This document shows positions 1-14,067 of a stretch of DNA of 64,000 nucleotides, piece after piece. Positions within the stretch are counted from its first letter, which is position 1, and every line of letters starts with the position of its first letter. The stretch comes from Auanema rhodensis (taxonomy: Eukaryota > Animalia > Nematoda), in the NCBI GenBank assembly GCA_964057225.1, contig OZ059896.1, forward strand, positions 13,826,001-13,890,000, in the 5' to 3' direction. A model generated the notes under the pieces. That model saw only the letters and a program-made list of their open reading frames with translations, was not told the origin of the DNA and did not search any database. Made by a program: the position numbers and the translations under genes.

Positions 1-400
1 AGAAAATGTTATGTGAAAATCAGCGAAAATGCTGTTAACTTTCTCGCGCATCCGCAGTCGGAAGAGCAAGCCTGCTGTGGTCATCTTTGCCGCTGTCCTT
101 CAATAAGGTTTATCTGATTTGTATTCATGTTGTCGTGTTCATTCCATTGTCCTTATTTGTAGGCTCATTAAGCTTCTGAAGACATGACTGAGTATGAAGA
201 ATGAATAATCATAATTAACTATTTTAGTTTTATAATAAAACTAGTTGAATATTCAAGCCTATTACTCTACTTCATCATCTGGTTAATTTGCTCATCTTAA
301 ATCAATCGCATTCCTCTTCAATATTTCTTCTTCTTCGTTTGCATCTTGCAGCATATTCTAACTTCAAATATTTTCGAAATATTTTGTTTTGAGTTTTGTT

Positions 401-408
401 TTTTTCAG
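401..408 (+). promoter_or_regulatory. Putative trans-splice (SL) or 5'UTR splice acceptor TTTTTCAG
   Basis: Nematode consensus acceptor preceded by a T-rich tract, 14 nt upstream of the signal-peptide ATG at 423. Confidence 0.5.
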
Positions 409-422
409 ATGAGGTTAGAGTT

Positions 423-3400
423 ATGAAACTTCTACAGTTTATTTCACTTCTCTTCTACCCTTTGCTTCAAGCAACTGCACCTAATCTAGGCAAGTATTAA
501 TATTTTGTGTTATATGTTTAGTTATTTTTGTTTTTTTTTTAAAGAAATTAACTTTATTTTTCCAGGTCCTCCTAAACTATTATCTCAGTCTGCTGAAGAA
601 GTTTGGTATAAATTAGATATTTCTTCTAATCCACTTTCAAAACCAACTCTTAAATGCCAAGCTTCAGAAAATGCTGAAAGGTTTTTATTCAATACTCATA
701 GAATATTCATAAAATAAGAAAATTTTCAGTTACGAATGGTACAAAAACGGCGAATTACTGGATATAGGTGGTGATATTGAATGGATTTTACCAGGCCAAA
801 GTGGAACTATCGTTATAAATTCTCCGAAACGAGAACATCAAGGCTACTACCAATGTTTTGTTTCAAATATTTTTGGAACTGCTGTTTCAAATAAAATATT
901 TCTTCGCTTAGGAGGTTAGTTTTTATATTATTTTCTTAAAAATAAAAATATTCAACTATACTATTTATACGTTTATGAAAATTTTAATTTTATTGTCTTG
1001 ATTTTGATCTGATTGATTCAAGTGTTGAAAATTTAAATAAGCTCTGCAAGTAGGCTTGCAATCAAGGCATCCTCTCGGCTACTCTTCCGACACGCTATCT
1101 TTCCGACCAATTTCTCTGGCTTTTTCCTTTTGCTCTAGCGTTTCAACATATATTCTGAGACAAGTTATTTAAAAAATTTGTGGCTCATCCAAATAATCTC
1201 CAAATAAAGGAAATGACTGACCTCGTGTGTTGAAACTAACAAAGTATTATATGAAACTTTAAATTTTGTTCCAATTAAACAGGCATTATACTATATTTAA
1301 TTATATAATTAACCTATATAATATTATGTAAATAATATTATTTAATCAAATAACTAGCATATAGCAATATATAATTTTCTTTTTTATAATCTCAAACATC
1401 TTGATGACTACTTAGTGTGCCTCTCATCACTACCTCTCCCTCTCTTCACACCCAGGTCCTCTCTCATATAGTATACGGACACACGCTCATAAACCGTTTG
1501 TAATGACGTCATGCACAGAATCTCAATGATGTCAGTATGATTCAGAGCCTATAAAGCAGAACTAAAAAGAAAATAATTGACAGAAAGCGTGAGAGAGAGA
1601 GAAAGGTTATGTGTTTTTCTCTGTTTGTCTGTGTTTGCATGTGCGCGATAACACATGATGTAAGTGTCCATAACCAAAATACTATAAGTAGTAGCATAGT
1701 ATATACACAGTAATTATATGTACTATTACAAGAGAATATTGACAGATGTGTGTGTGTGTTTTCTCTCTTTCTCTCTCTCTGATACTCATCTTACTTATAC
1801 ATCTTAATGATGTCCTTATTACATAATTGCCAATTAACACATTTTTCTATAATAGATAGGTTAATGGACAGATATCGTATAAGGACATTGAGCTAATAAC
1901 TATATAGATTAAGCTTACTATACATATAGTTCATAGAAATAAAGAGAACAATTTTCGTTTGACAAACAAATTGTTTTCTTTTTTTCTAAAAAAACATTAA
2001 TTGTTTCCCAACAACATTTATGTCTGCTTGTATTGACGTCACAGGAACTGAGATTTTCTGAGTAATTGGGTGGGTCAGTCCTCTTAGCCATTATAGAATT
2101 TTTTTCTTTTAAAATTTCATGTCAAATTCAGATATGTTTAATGATGGATAAAAATTTATAAGATAAAAAAATTGAAAGAAGTAAATGAAAATACCTAATG
2201 TTTTGTGCCAAAGTATTGGTAATAGAATGAGAAAAGAGATGACTATAATAGCATAGTTAATCTATTTATGGTCAAATAATTAGTATAAGAATGAATAAGA
2301 CATTGAATTCCCTTAGGAAAGAAAAAGTGAAGAGAATCCATTAAGTCAATGATTAGGTGAACAAAGAAAATGCCGAAACATTTACATTAACTTCTTTAAA
2401 AGATTAAAATTATATTTGAGTTCTGCTATTACTCGTAGTCATCTTCATCTTCAAGCTAATTAATGTCTATATATTTCATGAATTAGAGCTAAAGTTTTAA
2501 GTTTTACTTAAACGCCTAATCTTGTAATTTAAGTAATTTAAATTTCTAATTAATAATTCTGTGAACAGTTCAATTTGAAGAATAAATAATGAATTTCAAG
2601 AAGCTATTTCGGTAAGAACAAACGATAAAAGCTTATACAATTTATTCAAACAATTTGTCTTAAACGAGAAATCGATTAAAAAGAAATATCTGATCTTTAT
2701 TTTCAAAAAAAGAAACTATTATATACAGATATAACATAAATTAATAATATTGCTTTGATTATTATATTTTTATTTCAGTTTTGGAACATTTCATTTCAAG
2801 ACCAATGAGAACTGTAGAAGCTGTTGAAGGCGATGCTGTAACCTTGGAGTGCAATGGCCCACTCGGCAATCCAGAACCAACAATATTTTGGCTTTACAGG
2901 TTAATATATATATTTTATATTTTATTAAATATTTTTCATAATTAAGAGATACGGAACAAGAATCGGTTATTGAGACAATTCGAAAACGACATATAACTGC
3001 TGATGATCAAGGACGTTTGCATTTCTCTTCTGTTGAGCCAATTGATGGACGAAGTGTAAGTTCAGAATAATTTAGAAATTTTTTCTTATATGAATATCTT
3101 AATAATTATAGACATTAATCTATGAATGTGCTGCCACATCACCAGTTTTACATGGAGAATATCGATCTGGAGATCAAATTCAATTACGCGTCTTACCTCG
3201 AACATGTATCTATTACATCTTTCATCTTTTTGTTTCATATTTGAACTATTTTAGCTAAACATCCTATTCAAATTAATGCTTTGTATTTGAGTCCAGCTGA
3301 AGTTACTGTTAAAGCTGGAGGTCGTTTGAAGATTCAATGCATTTTCGGAGGAAGGTAATGAGTAAACTTTATATACTTATTTACATCAGAGAGTTTTAGA

Positions 3401-6400
3401 CCAGTACCTACTGTTACATGGACTAAATTAGATGGAGAGTTACCTAAACTTCGTATGAAAAGCCTTACATCACCAGATAGTGATTTTGGTAAAAGTTTAA
3501 TCATTGAAAACGTTCATCCTGGTGATGCTGGCAGATACGAATGCCAAGCAGAGCACCTCACTCATACTGTTAATGTTCGCGTACTTGGTAATTTTTTAAT
3601 AAATATTACATAAAGTCAATTAAACTATACATATATAGCTGCTCCGTATTGGGATATAGATCCACCACAAGATGTAACGCAATCGGAAGAGAGTACAACA
3701 GAACTAGAATGCTTAGCATCTGGTCATCCAGAGCCAATCATTAGATGGAGTATGAATGGAATACCTTTGCATGGTTAGTTGATAGTATGATAGCTTTCAA
3801 TAGAGATAAACTTCAGAACTTAAAGAAGACTCAAGAAGGCTCATCTTAGATAATGGACGTATTCTTCGTTTGAAAGACTTGAATCATGATGTTGATACGG
3901 GAGTTTATCAGTGTAATGCCAGTAACCCTTTAGGTTATATCTATGCAAATGCTTATGTTCATGTGAGAGGTACATCGATAAGAGAAACCACTTCCAATTT
4001 CAACCACTTCTTTCAGCACATGCTCCCAAGTTCTTAATGCCAGCTCAGCGTGTTTGGAAAGTAGTCATTCACTCCACAGTATCATTGAATTGTGATGTCG
4101 ATGCAGCTCCCGAAGCGTTAGTTCGATGGGTTGATACGGATGATCGGCCATTACAAGTGAAAGATGCAAAAACACAGGTAAATGAATGATGAAATTTCTA
4201 TTCTCAGTATTTGTGATAAGATAAGAGTGAAAATAATAATTTATTGAATATTATGAGGAAGTTCAAATACTGACGATTAGTAAGTGAAGAAGATAGCCAA
4301 GAGAGGCAATAGCATGAAGAATGTCGAGCTAGTAGCTTCTGAAACAACAACAGGATTATGATATCAGTATGCTTGATGTGATTACTATCAATGTTAATAA
4401 CAGCTAGGAATTGTGATTTGCGTCCGTCAACTACTTTCTCTTTCATCAAGTTGAATGACAGTTGAAGTTCGGCTCCTTTCAATTCATAAGCCTCTTGGAC
4501 CAAATTGAGCTTTTCACTGAACCCATGAATCTGTACACCATCATATCCACGATTACGGAGAGTAATAGCAGCATCGTCATAGATACTTCCAGTAAACTAA
4601 AGAGAATTTCACAAATTATTCATAAAACATTCTGAAGCATCTGATAACATACTTGAATATCATATTTGGTGTTATTGTGCTTAGCTTTGAAATTATACTT
4701 GACATCGAAATAAGTTTGGTCTGTTTGCTCACGAAGGAATTTATATCCAGAAGACATAGCGAGTACTGTATCTCCCCAATCAACTGACATCTCAATTACA
4801 TCGGATCCATTATGATCTTAAGAATATCGAACATCAGTTACTTTTCATTCAATTGGCTATATAGTTCTTACAGTAATCATCAGACTGAACATTCATAGAG
4901 ATTGATCCAGGGAATGAAGCAGTTTGACGGAAAGTAATTATTTCTTCCAAAAGAAGAAGACCTGGATTGTTACGTCCAACCATTTTACTGAATATTTTAG
5001 ATTAAGTTTGAGAATAAGAAAATTCTCTAATTTCCTCTGCATAGATACACAAAGACTAAAGAATTTGGATGAGCGGAAATAACATTTTAATGTACTTTTC
5101 GACCATCTGGATAAAAATCTGGTGGTCAAAGCAGAAGAATTTCATCTTCCTTTCATTCTTAATTGTCTCCTCACCCAGCTTCTATACTCTTATTCTATTT
5201 TACTACTTTGCAAGCTTATTCTTCCATTCACACTCAATGTTTCCTCTTTGTCTTTTTTTTACAAACTAACCCAAGATCCAGTAATTTGTATTCTTCCATT
5301 CTAGCTTCTTTAGCACCACCAGCTGAAAGACTTAACCAAGACATCTGTAAGAACATTTAATCAAAATCTAAGTTATAAGATAGAAGTATAAGGGATACCA
5401 TCGATGTTCCACTGATATTATAAATGGTAGTGAACTTCTTTGGACATAAAACGGTTACAAAGATGTTATGAATTGAAGTTCCATTCAAATCGATTCTTGT
5501 CTTTTCTCCTTCCAATGATGTTACAACACGATTATCTTGAATTAAATAATTATAAAAATTCGAGAAATCACACGTGAATGTATTCATTTTTTTTTGAAAT
5601 TTTAAATTTCATTACCTGCTCCTTCTTCAACAGCATAGATAATAGCTGGAAACTCATAGGGTACAGTATTGAATGCAGCTGTTACAGTAAACTATAAGTT
5701 GTAATGATATTTAAAAAAAACATGAAAAAAGCTTTTATCACCTCGTCAACTGGATATGGGAAAGCAGGTGCTAAAAGTCCATCAGTTACGTTTCTAGTAG
5801 CATTATAGATTCTGAATAGAACATTGATATAAATTAAGATTATGACTAATTCTTACGAGATCACATCATTTTCTGGAGAAGTCAATCGAATGTTCTTTTC
5901 TTTATTATCTTCAATTCTTGCGGATCCAACATAAATCTTGAAAAAATTAGAGAAACAATTTGATTAGTTCGAATGAAAAATTGAACTTACAAAAGATTTT
6001 TTATTTAAATGCACAGTTTTTGGAATGGTATTAACATCATAGAAAACACTATATACTTCATCATCAAAGATGGCTTTTGTTTGGCAAAAAGCGCCAAGTA
6101 ACAAGAATACTGAAAAATGAAATTAAAAAAATTAAAAATTTTTAATGAAAAACCTTTGAGAATTATCATTGAGTTGCGTAACTCTCAAGTAGTTGGTTGG
6201 TTGGTCAACCGTAATTGGAGTGAAAATGAAAAAGAAAACAACAACGTTTTAGATTAAAAAAAATGCCTGATAAGCAATATTTAAGTTGTTAAAGGCAATA
6301 AGCTGAAATAAATATTTTTTTGCTGTATTATCATTGTTCTTTGAACTAATCCGACACCATTACTCCCACTAATTAGTCAGCAAAAAATGAAAATTGTATA

Positions 6401-8530
6401 GATTCATTAAAGAATTTTCAAAATAATATTTATTTTTCTGAAAATGTTTGAAAAAAAAAGTTGAAAATGTGGGAAAATAATAACAGAAAATCTTTCAGTT
6501 AATGGCTAATAATACATTTGTCATTCATGATGTTAATAAGGATGATGAAGGATTATATTATTGTAATGTTAGTAACAAATATGGTATTAATAGAGCTACT
6601 AATAAACTTCAAGTTTATAGTAAGTTTTAGATGTTTGTATTAATTATAAGAAAATATTAAATTTAAGAACCAACCTACTTTGTTAAAATTCCGACACCAA
6701 AACGATTAACATTAGAAGCTGGACAAACCACAGAATTATTTTGTCAAGCAATTTCGGATCCTAGATTGAATATTGACTATAGATGGACAATTAATGGAGA
6801 TCGTATTAATAACTCAGAAACATTTCAGTAAGTATAAAATTTTAAAAATAAATTTTAAATTTTTTTTAGAATTTTAAAAGATCGTCTAAGAGTTGTAGCT
6901 GCTAGAGGTAGACACAGTGGTATCATCGATTGTGCTGCTGTAACTGATGTTGATGTGAAATTAGCTTCTATGCAACTTATAGTAAAAGGTATAAACTGAT
7001 TTAATAAGTTAAAACATTAATCTTTCATTATGTTAGATGTACCAGCAAATCCAGAAGTTGATGTTCCTGTATGTTCTGAACGAAAAGCTATTATTAAATG
7101 GAAGCGTTCAAATGATCATGCAGATTCAATTAAGAAATATATTGTTGAAGTTATGACAGATTTCAGAAAGGTTTATTTTATTTTCTAAATGTTTGACTCA
7201 TTTTATGTTTCATTTAGGGATTTTGGGAAAGAGTTATTGAAGAAGTTAATGTTAGTAAGCAGTTTTATGAAGTCGATGTTACGTTAACTCCATGGGTGAG
7301 AAATTATTTAGAATATTTTTGACAATATTTTGAAATTTTAGGTTAACTACACATTTAGAATTGTTGCTGAAAATTCACATGGGCGTTCAGATGCTAAAGT
7401 AGGATCAGACGTTGAAGGTATACATTTGAGAGATCAAACATTTTCATGAGGTTTCTTCTTATAGATGTGGCTCAAACAGTAAAATGTAATACCAGAGCAT
7501 CATTTCCATATACAAATCCTAGCGGTGTTTGGGCAGAAGGTAATGAACCAGATAACTTAGTCATCTATTGGAATCCTATGGATAAATATTATTGGAATGC
7601 TCCAAATTTACAATATCTTATAAGGTGTAATCATGACAAGTTTTGATTAATGTTTAATGTTTGAACAGGTATAAACTCAATGAGCCGCATACAGCTTGGA
7701 CCGAGTTTTTGGTGGAAGATCCTTTAGCGGTTTGTTCTTGAAAAATGAATCGCTTAATAATAATGGGTCTTTTCCAGAATCATACAATTATCAGAGAACA
7801 GCCAACTTTTCGAGAATATTTGGTTCAAGTGCGATCTGTAAATGCTATTGGTCCTAGCATTGTCGAGCCTGATTCTATCACAGGATATTCTGGAGAAGAT
7901 AGTACGTTACTTAAGAACAACTCGGAGTGTAATAAGTGATTTTTTCAGTACCATCAATGGCTCCTTACAACTTTAAAATCGAACAAGTTCGTAACTTCAC
8001 TTCAGCTTCATTTTCTTGGGAAGAAATAGATCCTGAGTCTGCAAATGGAAAATTTGAAGGATATGAGGTAATAAAATCGAAATTTTCCATGATATACATT
8101 TTATATTTTTCAGATAGAATATTGGAAAGATATGGGCAGAAAATACAAGATAAGCATACCAGCTGGTGTGCATAATAAGGTTTTGTCAATACTCTTATCT
8201 ACAAAAGCAATTTTTTTATATGACGTTTCAGACAATTACAATATTTTCTGCAAATTCAAATTATACAGCAGTTATTAAAACAAAAAATAAGCATCATGTT
8301 AGTCATGATAGTAACCAAGTTCGATTTGAAATGCCTGAAGGAAGTATGTTCAAATTTTAATAAAAATATTATCATCATTAATTCATTTTTCAGTTCCGTC
8401 CAAAGTTCATAATTTAAAAGTACTTGCGGTCGGTGCTAATTCAATACTGATTCAATGGGACAAGCCAAGAATTCCGAATGGCATTATCAGAGGATATTTT
8501 CTTTCATTTGAAAGTGATAAAAGTGAATTT

Positions 8531-8561
<31 letters not shown>

Positions 8562-9663
8562 CCTCTCTCTCTTATCTTATTTTCAATTTTTTTCTTTAAA
8601 TTAATATAAATCATTTTGTTTTAGACGATACTGAAGAAACATACGTAGTCCATAAACGAACCTATTATCTTCATGAACGAAGTCAATCAGATACATCTTA
8701 CAAGGTTTTGAATTTTTTCCTCCACAATCACATTCAAAGCATTTTTTATAGATAGGAGTATGGGCTGAAACAAGTGCAGGTGAAGGACCAAAACTGATAC
8801 GAACTATACGAACATGGCCAGCTGGACGTATGCTAGAACATCATTGAAATATATAATTGAATCGGTTTTTATAGCTCCTGATACTCCAATATTTCAAGTT
8901 TTGAATGTAACGAAGAATTCAATGATAATTGAATGGATACCATCAAATTCAACGATATGGAAAATGCCTGGATCTTCATTTTCTGTTAACTATTCTATTG
9001 ATGGTAAAATTCATTAAAAGTTTAGTTCTTTAATTATAACCATATAATTAATTAGGAAGTGATGAGTATATGGAATCACAACGTGTTTATCTGCCAGATA
9101 CTATGATAGCTTTAGAAAATCTTCAAGAATCAACGAGATATCATCTGATTGGTATAGCTAAAGATGGCAATGAAATATCAGTTACCGATCCTCCATTGCC
9201 TGTTACAACCCTTTCAAAAATAAATATGACAGAAATGCAAAAAGGTTTCTGATTTCACATTTTATTTTTTTTTTACTTCAAAAATCTTTTATTTGTAGAA
9301 AATCTTCGTTCTATTGTGTGGTTTATTGCAATTTTAATTGTGGTTTGCATAGCTATGATGACAATTTTCTTAACATGCTGTTGTGAAGAGAGGAAAGGGC
9401 GACGATATGGAGTGCGACGAAAGGTTAGAAAAACAATTAGTAAACGATATCTTATAGCATTATCAATTTGAAATGAACTTGCTTATATCTCTCTAATTCT
9501 ATTTATTCACACTAAAATGTTTTATTGCTTAACATTTCTTATAAAAAAAGAATGATATGCAACATTATTGAAATATGTATTGTAGGAATTGCAAACACAT
9601 GATCCAGCAGAATCTGAAGAAGTAAGAAAATTTCTCGAGTATCAGTACGGGTATAAAAGCTAG
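423..9663 (+). CDS. lad-2: L1CAM-family cell adhesion molecule, LAD-2-like (signal peptide, 6 Ig, 5 FN3, TM, short cytoplasmic tail); multi-exon, span given
   Basis: Manual splicing gives MKLLQFISLLFYPLLQATAPNLG|PPKLLSQ..., Ig motifs (YEWYKNG...QGYYQC; WTKLDG...DAGRYEC; DTGVYQCNASNPLG; DDEGLYYC), FN3 motifs (LTPWVNYTFRIVAENSHG; PTFREYLVQVRSVNAIG; PNGIIRGY), TM IVWFIAILIVVCIAMMTIFLTCCC and tail ending EEVRKFLEYQYGYKS* (TAG 9661-9663). The tail lacks the FIGQY ankyrin motif of SAX-7-type L1CAMs, which fits LAD-2. Confidence 0.85.
4277..6169 (-). CDS. Nested antisense gene in lad-2 intron 4178-6498: secreted, probably GPI-anchored nematode protein (possibly CUB-like family); multi-exon
   Basis: ATG at 6169-6167; spliced N-terminus MIILK|VFLLLGAFCQTKA-IFDDEVYSVF (signal peptide); in-frame exons with GT..AG ends, including the 5357-5587 ORF segment DNRVVTSLEGEKTRIDLNG; last exon ...ATSSTFFMLLPLLAIFFTY* (stop 4277-4279) after a 47-nt intron. 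Confidence 0.72.
8529..8571. repeat. (CT)n microsatellite in a lad-2 intron
   Basis: TCTCTTTCTCTCTCTCTCTCTCTCTCTTTCTCCCTCTCTCT. Confidence 0.7.
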
Positions 9664-9904
9664 ATTTTTAATATGTTAATCATCATTTATGTATTATTAT
9701 TTTTGATTTAATGTTATTAATATAATTATTATTAATAACATTAATAATACTGTGTTTTAGAACAAAATTCTCACATTTCTTTCATGAAATCACTTATAGG
9801 CTTGAATTTTTAGAAACTTTTGTATCAATTGTATACGAATAAATATTCATTTTAAAGCTATGTTTTTCATATAAATATAATACACAATAAATATTTAAAA
9901 TAAA

Positions 9905-12375
9905 TTAATAAATATTAAATATATTTATAATTATTAATAAAAGTCCAGTCAAATTAATAGTATCTGAAAAAAAAATATATCTAAAAAACGCGTCAACATA
10001 AAACTTACTCGCAAAAGTTCCTGATGTTGTTGTTGATTCAACATATGTATGATGGAAGGTATTATTCCAAGCCATTTTTAGCAATGAATGAGATGATGTT
10101 TGATAAGTTAAATATTTACCATACGATATTACAGGCAATGGAGTCTTGTTAGTTATGTTTTGTACAACTTCACCAATCATAGTACCATTTCTAACTTTAA
10201 TTACAGTATTATCCTATAATTTTAATTTTATATAATACTTTAAGTTCTTGATTAAGTCTTACATCATTTGGATCGATTTTAACTAATTTCAAGTTGTCAA
10301 TATTATTCGCTAGGATGAACGTGATATAGTAATAATCACAATTTAAATTAGCTGATAAGGTTGCCGTTGCTTGAAGCACGGCATATCTAGATGTTATTCC
10401 ACATACTTTATCCAAATCTATAATAAAATTAATTATGATTAATAAAAATTATGTATAATAACTCACTATCTTTAGGAGCTGAAGTAGCTACTAACTTATA
10501 AGCTGCACTTATATTATCGAAGCATTGCAATGTAAAAGATGTATAAATTATAGGTTTGGCAAAACGATAGCTTTCTTGTAACCTGGAAAAGAAAAGTTTG
10601 AAAAAAAATTGATTTATAAATACATACGTATATGTATTATAAACATTATTATCTTGTGTAATGACCAAACATTTGTTTAAATCATCTACCCGTAAACTAG
10701 ATAGAGCAACTGACAGTATAAGTCGATTATTCTACAAATAAGAATTAAGATTTAAAGTTAAAATATACATTTGTTTGTCCTTACATTCATATCTTTAGAT
10801 TGGAATCGATATGTTTCGCCAGGTAAGATCATAGTGCTGTCAATCATCAGATCATTACTAACTTCGAAGGTTTTTGAAGGTTTAGAAATATCTTAAATAT
10901 TTCAAATTACGATAGTTATAAGAAAATTCTGAATTAAACTAACCAATTTTAATGAATTCAACTTTGAATCCAAGCTTTGTGAAGCCAGTCATTGATGATT
11001 TATATATAATTGATGGTGGTTGAGGAGGATAATAAATTCCAGTTAATGCTCTGGGTATGTTCTCCGAAGAAGTAAAAGAATATCCATAATAATTATCGGA
11101 GTTATTGAAATTAATGTTAAAAGTAGAATTTGAATTTGGATTTATCAGTCCAGCAACACTTATTTTTGGAATATAATCTGAATTTAATGCTTCAATCTGA
11201 AATATTTTAAAAGATGAGATGTACAGTTTTTAATGAAACATAACCTTCCATGTACAATCATACTGACCAATTAAGTCTATAAAAGGAAATAAGAAAGAAT
11301 TATTTTTTAATTCAGACTGCTTAATTGTTGTAACTCCATCACAAGCTGAATAAATTAAATTGGTTATATATTTAAGAAGAAGAGAGAGTGATGTATTTAC
11401 CTGAATAATGAGCTTTAACATCTAAATCCACAATAACATTCTCGAAGTAAAATGTTGTGAAGAGATAATTATCAGTCTCAATCAATAGTGGTATTTGTGT
11501 TTGATTAGAAATTGTAAAATTTGGAGCCTTCTGAGGAGTACTAGTACCTATCTTATATGATGAACCTTGCTATAACAATTTATTATAATTTTTCAATCTG
11601 ATTCAAATTTAACCTCAATTATTGATTTAATGATTATAGGCTTAGCTGGTACTAATGAAACAAGTGTAAATGCTGATAATACTTCAATAGAACCGATAGT
11701 AACAGCATTATCAAACAAATTATGAATAGCATATCCACCACTAGGTAGAACTTAAAATATTTAACATTGTTTAATATATTTGCCATCAACTGATGAATCT
11801 ACCTGATGCTCTTTGAAGAACAAAACCATATTCAGTTACATTAGAATTAATACAAGTTAAGGTAATGCTGTTATTGAATATCTTAGTGTGAGAACCAATT
11901 TGAGTAAAAAGTTGATAGAAGCTGTGAAGTAAAACATGAAAAGGTTGAAATAATTTAGAAGAAACTTACTCATAAATAACCTTAGTTGTATCATTGCTAT
12001 ACGCAATTACGCATTTTTTTAATTTTTCAGAACTATATGTAATTTTTCCAGTGGTTAGAAAACCAGAGAGCGCTATCTAAAAAGAAAAATTGAAGAACAA
12101 TAAAAAAAGTGAATAACTTACACCTGAATCAATTGATTTATTAAATTGAATTGTTTCATTAGTACTTATTTGGGTAATGACGAAACCAGCTTCACCCATA
12201 GTATAACTAGCAATTCCATTATTAACTATAAATAAAAACATTTAGAAAATTAAAAGAAACGTTCTATAAACCAACCTTTCACAGGATCTACTTTTTCCTG
12301 ATACAGTACGTGTGAAAAACTAATGCAACATAAACAATAAAAAAATAAAACACGAAAAAGCTGAAGATGAAACAT
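9905..12375 (-). CDS. Secreted/GPI-type CUB-like-domain protein; multi-exon, convergent with lad-2
   Basis: ATG at 12375: MFHLQLFRVLFFYCLCCISFS-HVLYQEKVDPVK|; many short GT..AG introns; CUB-like segment CDGVTTIKQ...FLFPFIDLIGQYDCTWK; Thr/Ser stretch ESTTTSGT followed by a hydrophobic end LTGLLLIIINIFNIY*. Confidence 0.7.
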
Positions 12376-12698
12376 GTGCACGAAAAACTAAGATCATGCT
12401 AACCCAAATGGTATAAATACTGATGGCACTTAGTCACCATTTACCGTTCTATGGTATAGTTTTACGATCGTATGATTAAAAAGGCAGAATGATAAGAGAA
12501 TAAAAGAATCAAACTTTAACATCTTTTCCTACATCACTTTCTGTATGAATAAGCCTATGACATCAAAATTGGGCTACTTCTGAGTTAGTCATAACTATAT
12601 AAACACGTATCAATTTTTTATTTTTAGATTTAAACAATTAAATATCCATGAAAAAAATTTGATTACGTTCTTCATGAAGATGACGAAAATAAAAAAGT

Positions 12699-14067
12699 AG
12701 GTTCCGCCGAGATTTGAACTCGGGTCGCAGGATTCAAAGTCCTGAGTGCTAACCGCTACACCACGGAACCGACGATTTAGATCAAAAAACTCCGCCTTGA
12801 CTATGTTCTTCAAGAAGATAGTTCAAGAAGAAACAAATTGACTAGTTGATAAAAATGAAAAAGTAGGTTCCGCCGAGATTTGAACTCGGGTCGCAGGATT
12901 CAAAGTCCTGAGTGCTAACCGCTACACCACGGAACCGACGATTTAGATCAAAAAACTCCGCCTTGACTATGTTCTTCAAGAAGATAGTTCAAGAAGAAAC
13001 AAATTGACTAGTTGATAAAAATGAAAAAGTAGGTTCCGCCGAGATTTGAACTCGGGTCGCAGGATTCAAAGTCCTGAGTGCTAACCGCTACACCACGGAA
13101 CCGACGATTTAGATCAAAAAACTCCGCCTTGACTATGTTCTTCAAGAAGATAGTTCAAGAAGAAACAAATTGACTAGTTGATAAAAATGAAAAAGTAGGT
13201 TCCGCCGAGATTTGAACTCGGGTCGCAGGATTCAAAGTCCTGAGTGCTAACCGCTACACCACGGAACCGACGATTTAGATCAAAAAACTCCGCCTTGTTT
13301 ATGTTCTTCAAGAAGATAGTTCAAGAAGAAACAAATTGACTAGTTGATAAAAATGAAAAAGTAGGTTCCGCCGAGATTTGAACTCGGGTCGCAGGATTCA
13401 AAGTCCTGAGTGCTAACCGCTACACCACGGAACCGACGATTTAGATCAAAAGACTCCGCCTTGACTATTTTCTTCAAGAAGATAGTTCAAGAAGATACAA
13501 ATTGACCAACTGATAAAAATGAAAAAGTAGGTTCCGCCGAGATTTGAACTCGGGTCGCAGGATTCAAAGTCCTGAGTGCTAACCGCTACACCACGGAACC
13601 GACGATTTAGATCAAAAGACTCCGCCTTGACTATGTTCTTCAAGAAGATAGTTCAAGAAGAAACAAATTGACTAGTTGATAAAAATGAAAAAGTAGGTTC
13701 CGCCGAGATTTGAACTCGGGTCGCAGGATTCAAAGTCCTGAGTGCTAACCGCTACACCACGGAACCGACGATTTAGATCAAAAAACTCCGCCTTGACTAT
13801 TTTCTTCAAGAAGATAGTTCAAGAAGATACAAATTGACCAACTGATAAAAATGAAAAAGTAGGTTCCGCCGAGATTTGAACTCGGGTCGCAGGATTCAGA
13901 GTCCTGAGTGCTAACCGCTACACCACGGAACCGACGATTTAGATCAAAAGACTCCGCCTTGTTTATGTTCTTCAAGAAGATAGTTCAAGAAGAAACAAAT
14001 TGACCAACTGATAAAAAATGAAAAAGTAGGTTCCGCCGAGATTTGAACTCGGGTCGCAGGATTCAGA
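12699..14067 (-). tRNA. Inverted block of tRNA-Gln tandem array: 8 complete genes (left coordinates 12699, 12865, 13031, 13197, 13363, 13529, 13695 = TTG; 13861 = CTG) plus one 5'-truncated CTG copy (14028-14067)
   Basis: Reverse complement of GGTTCCGTGGTGTAGCGGTTAGCACTCAGGACT(C/T)TGAATCCTGCGACCCGAGTTCAAATCTCGGCGGAACCT at 166-bp spacing. Confidence 0.96.

Noticed and set aside
4204-5587. Stand-alone ORFs in the lad-2 intron on both strands
   Set aside because: Minus-strand ORFs are exon-plus-intron read-throughs or off-frame shadows of the nested gene; plus-strand ones are low-complexity antisense shadows.
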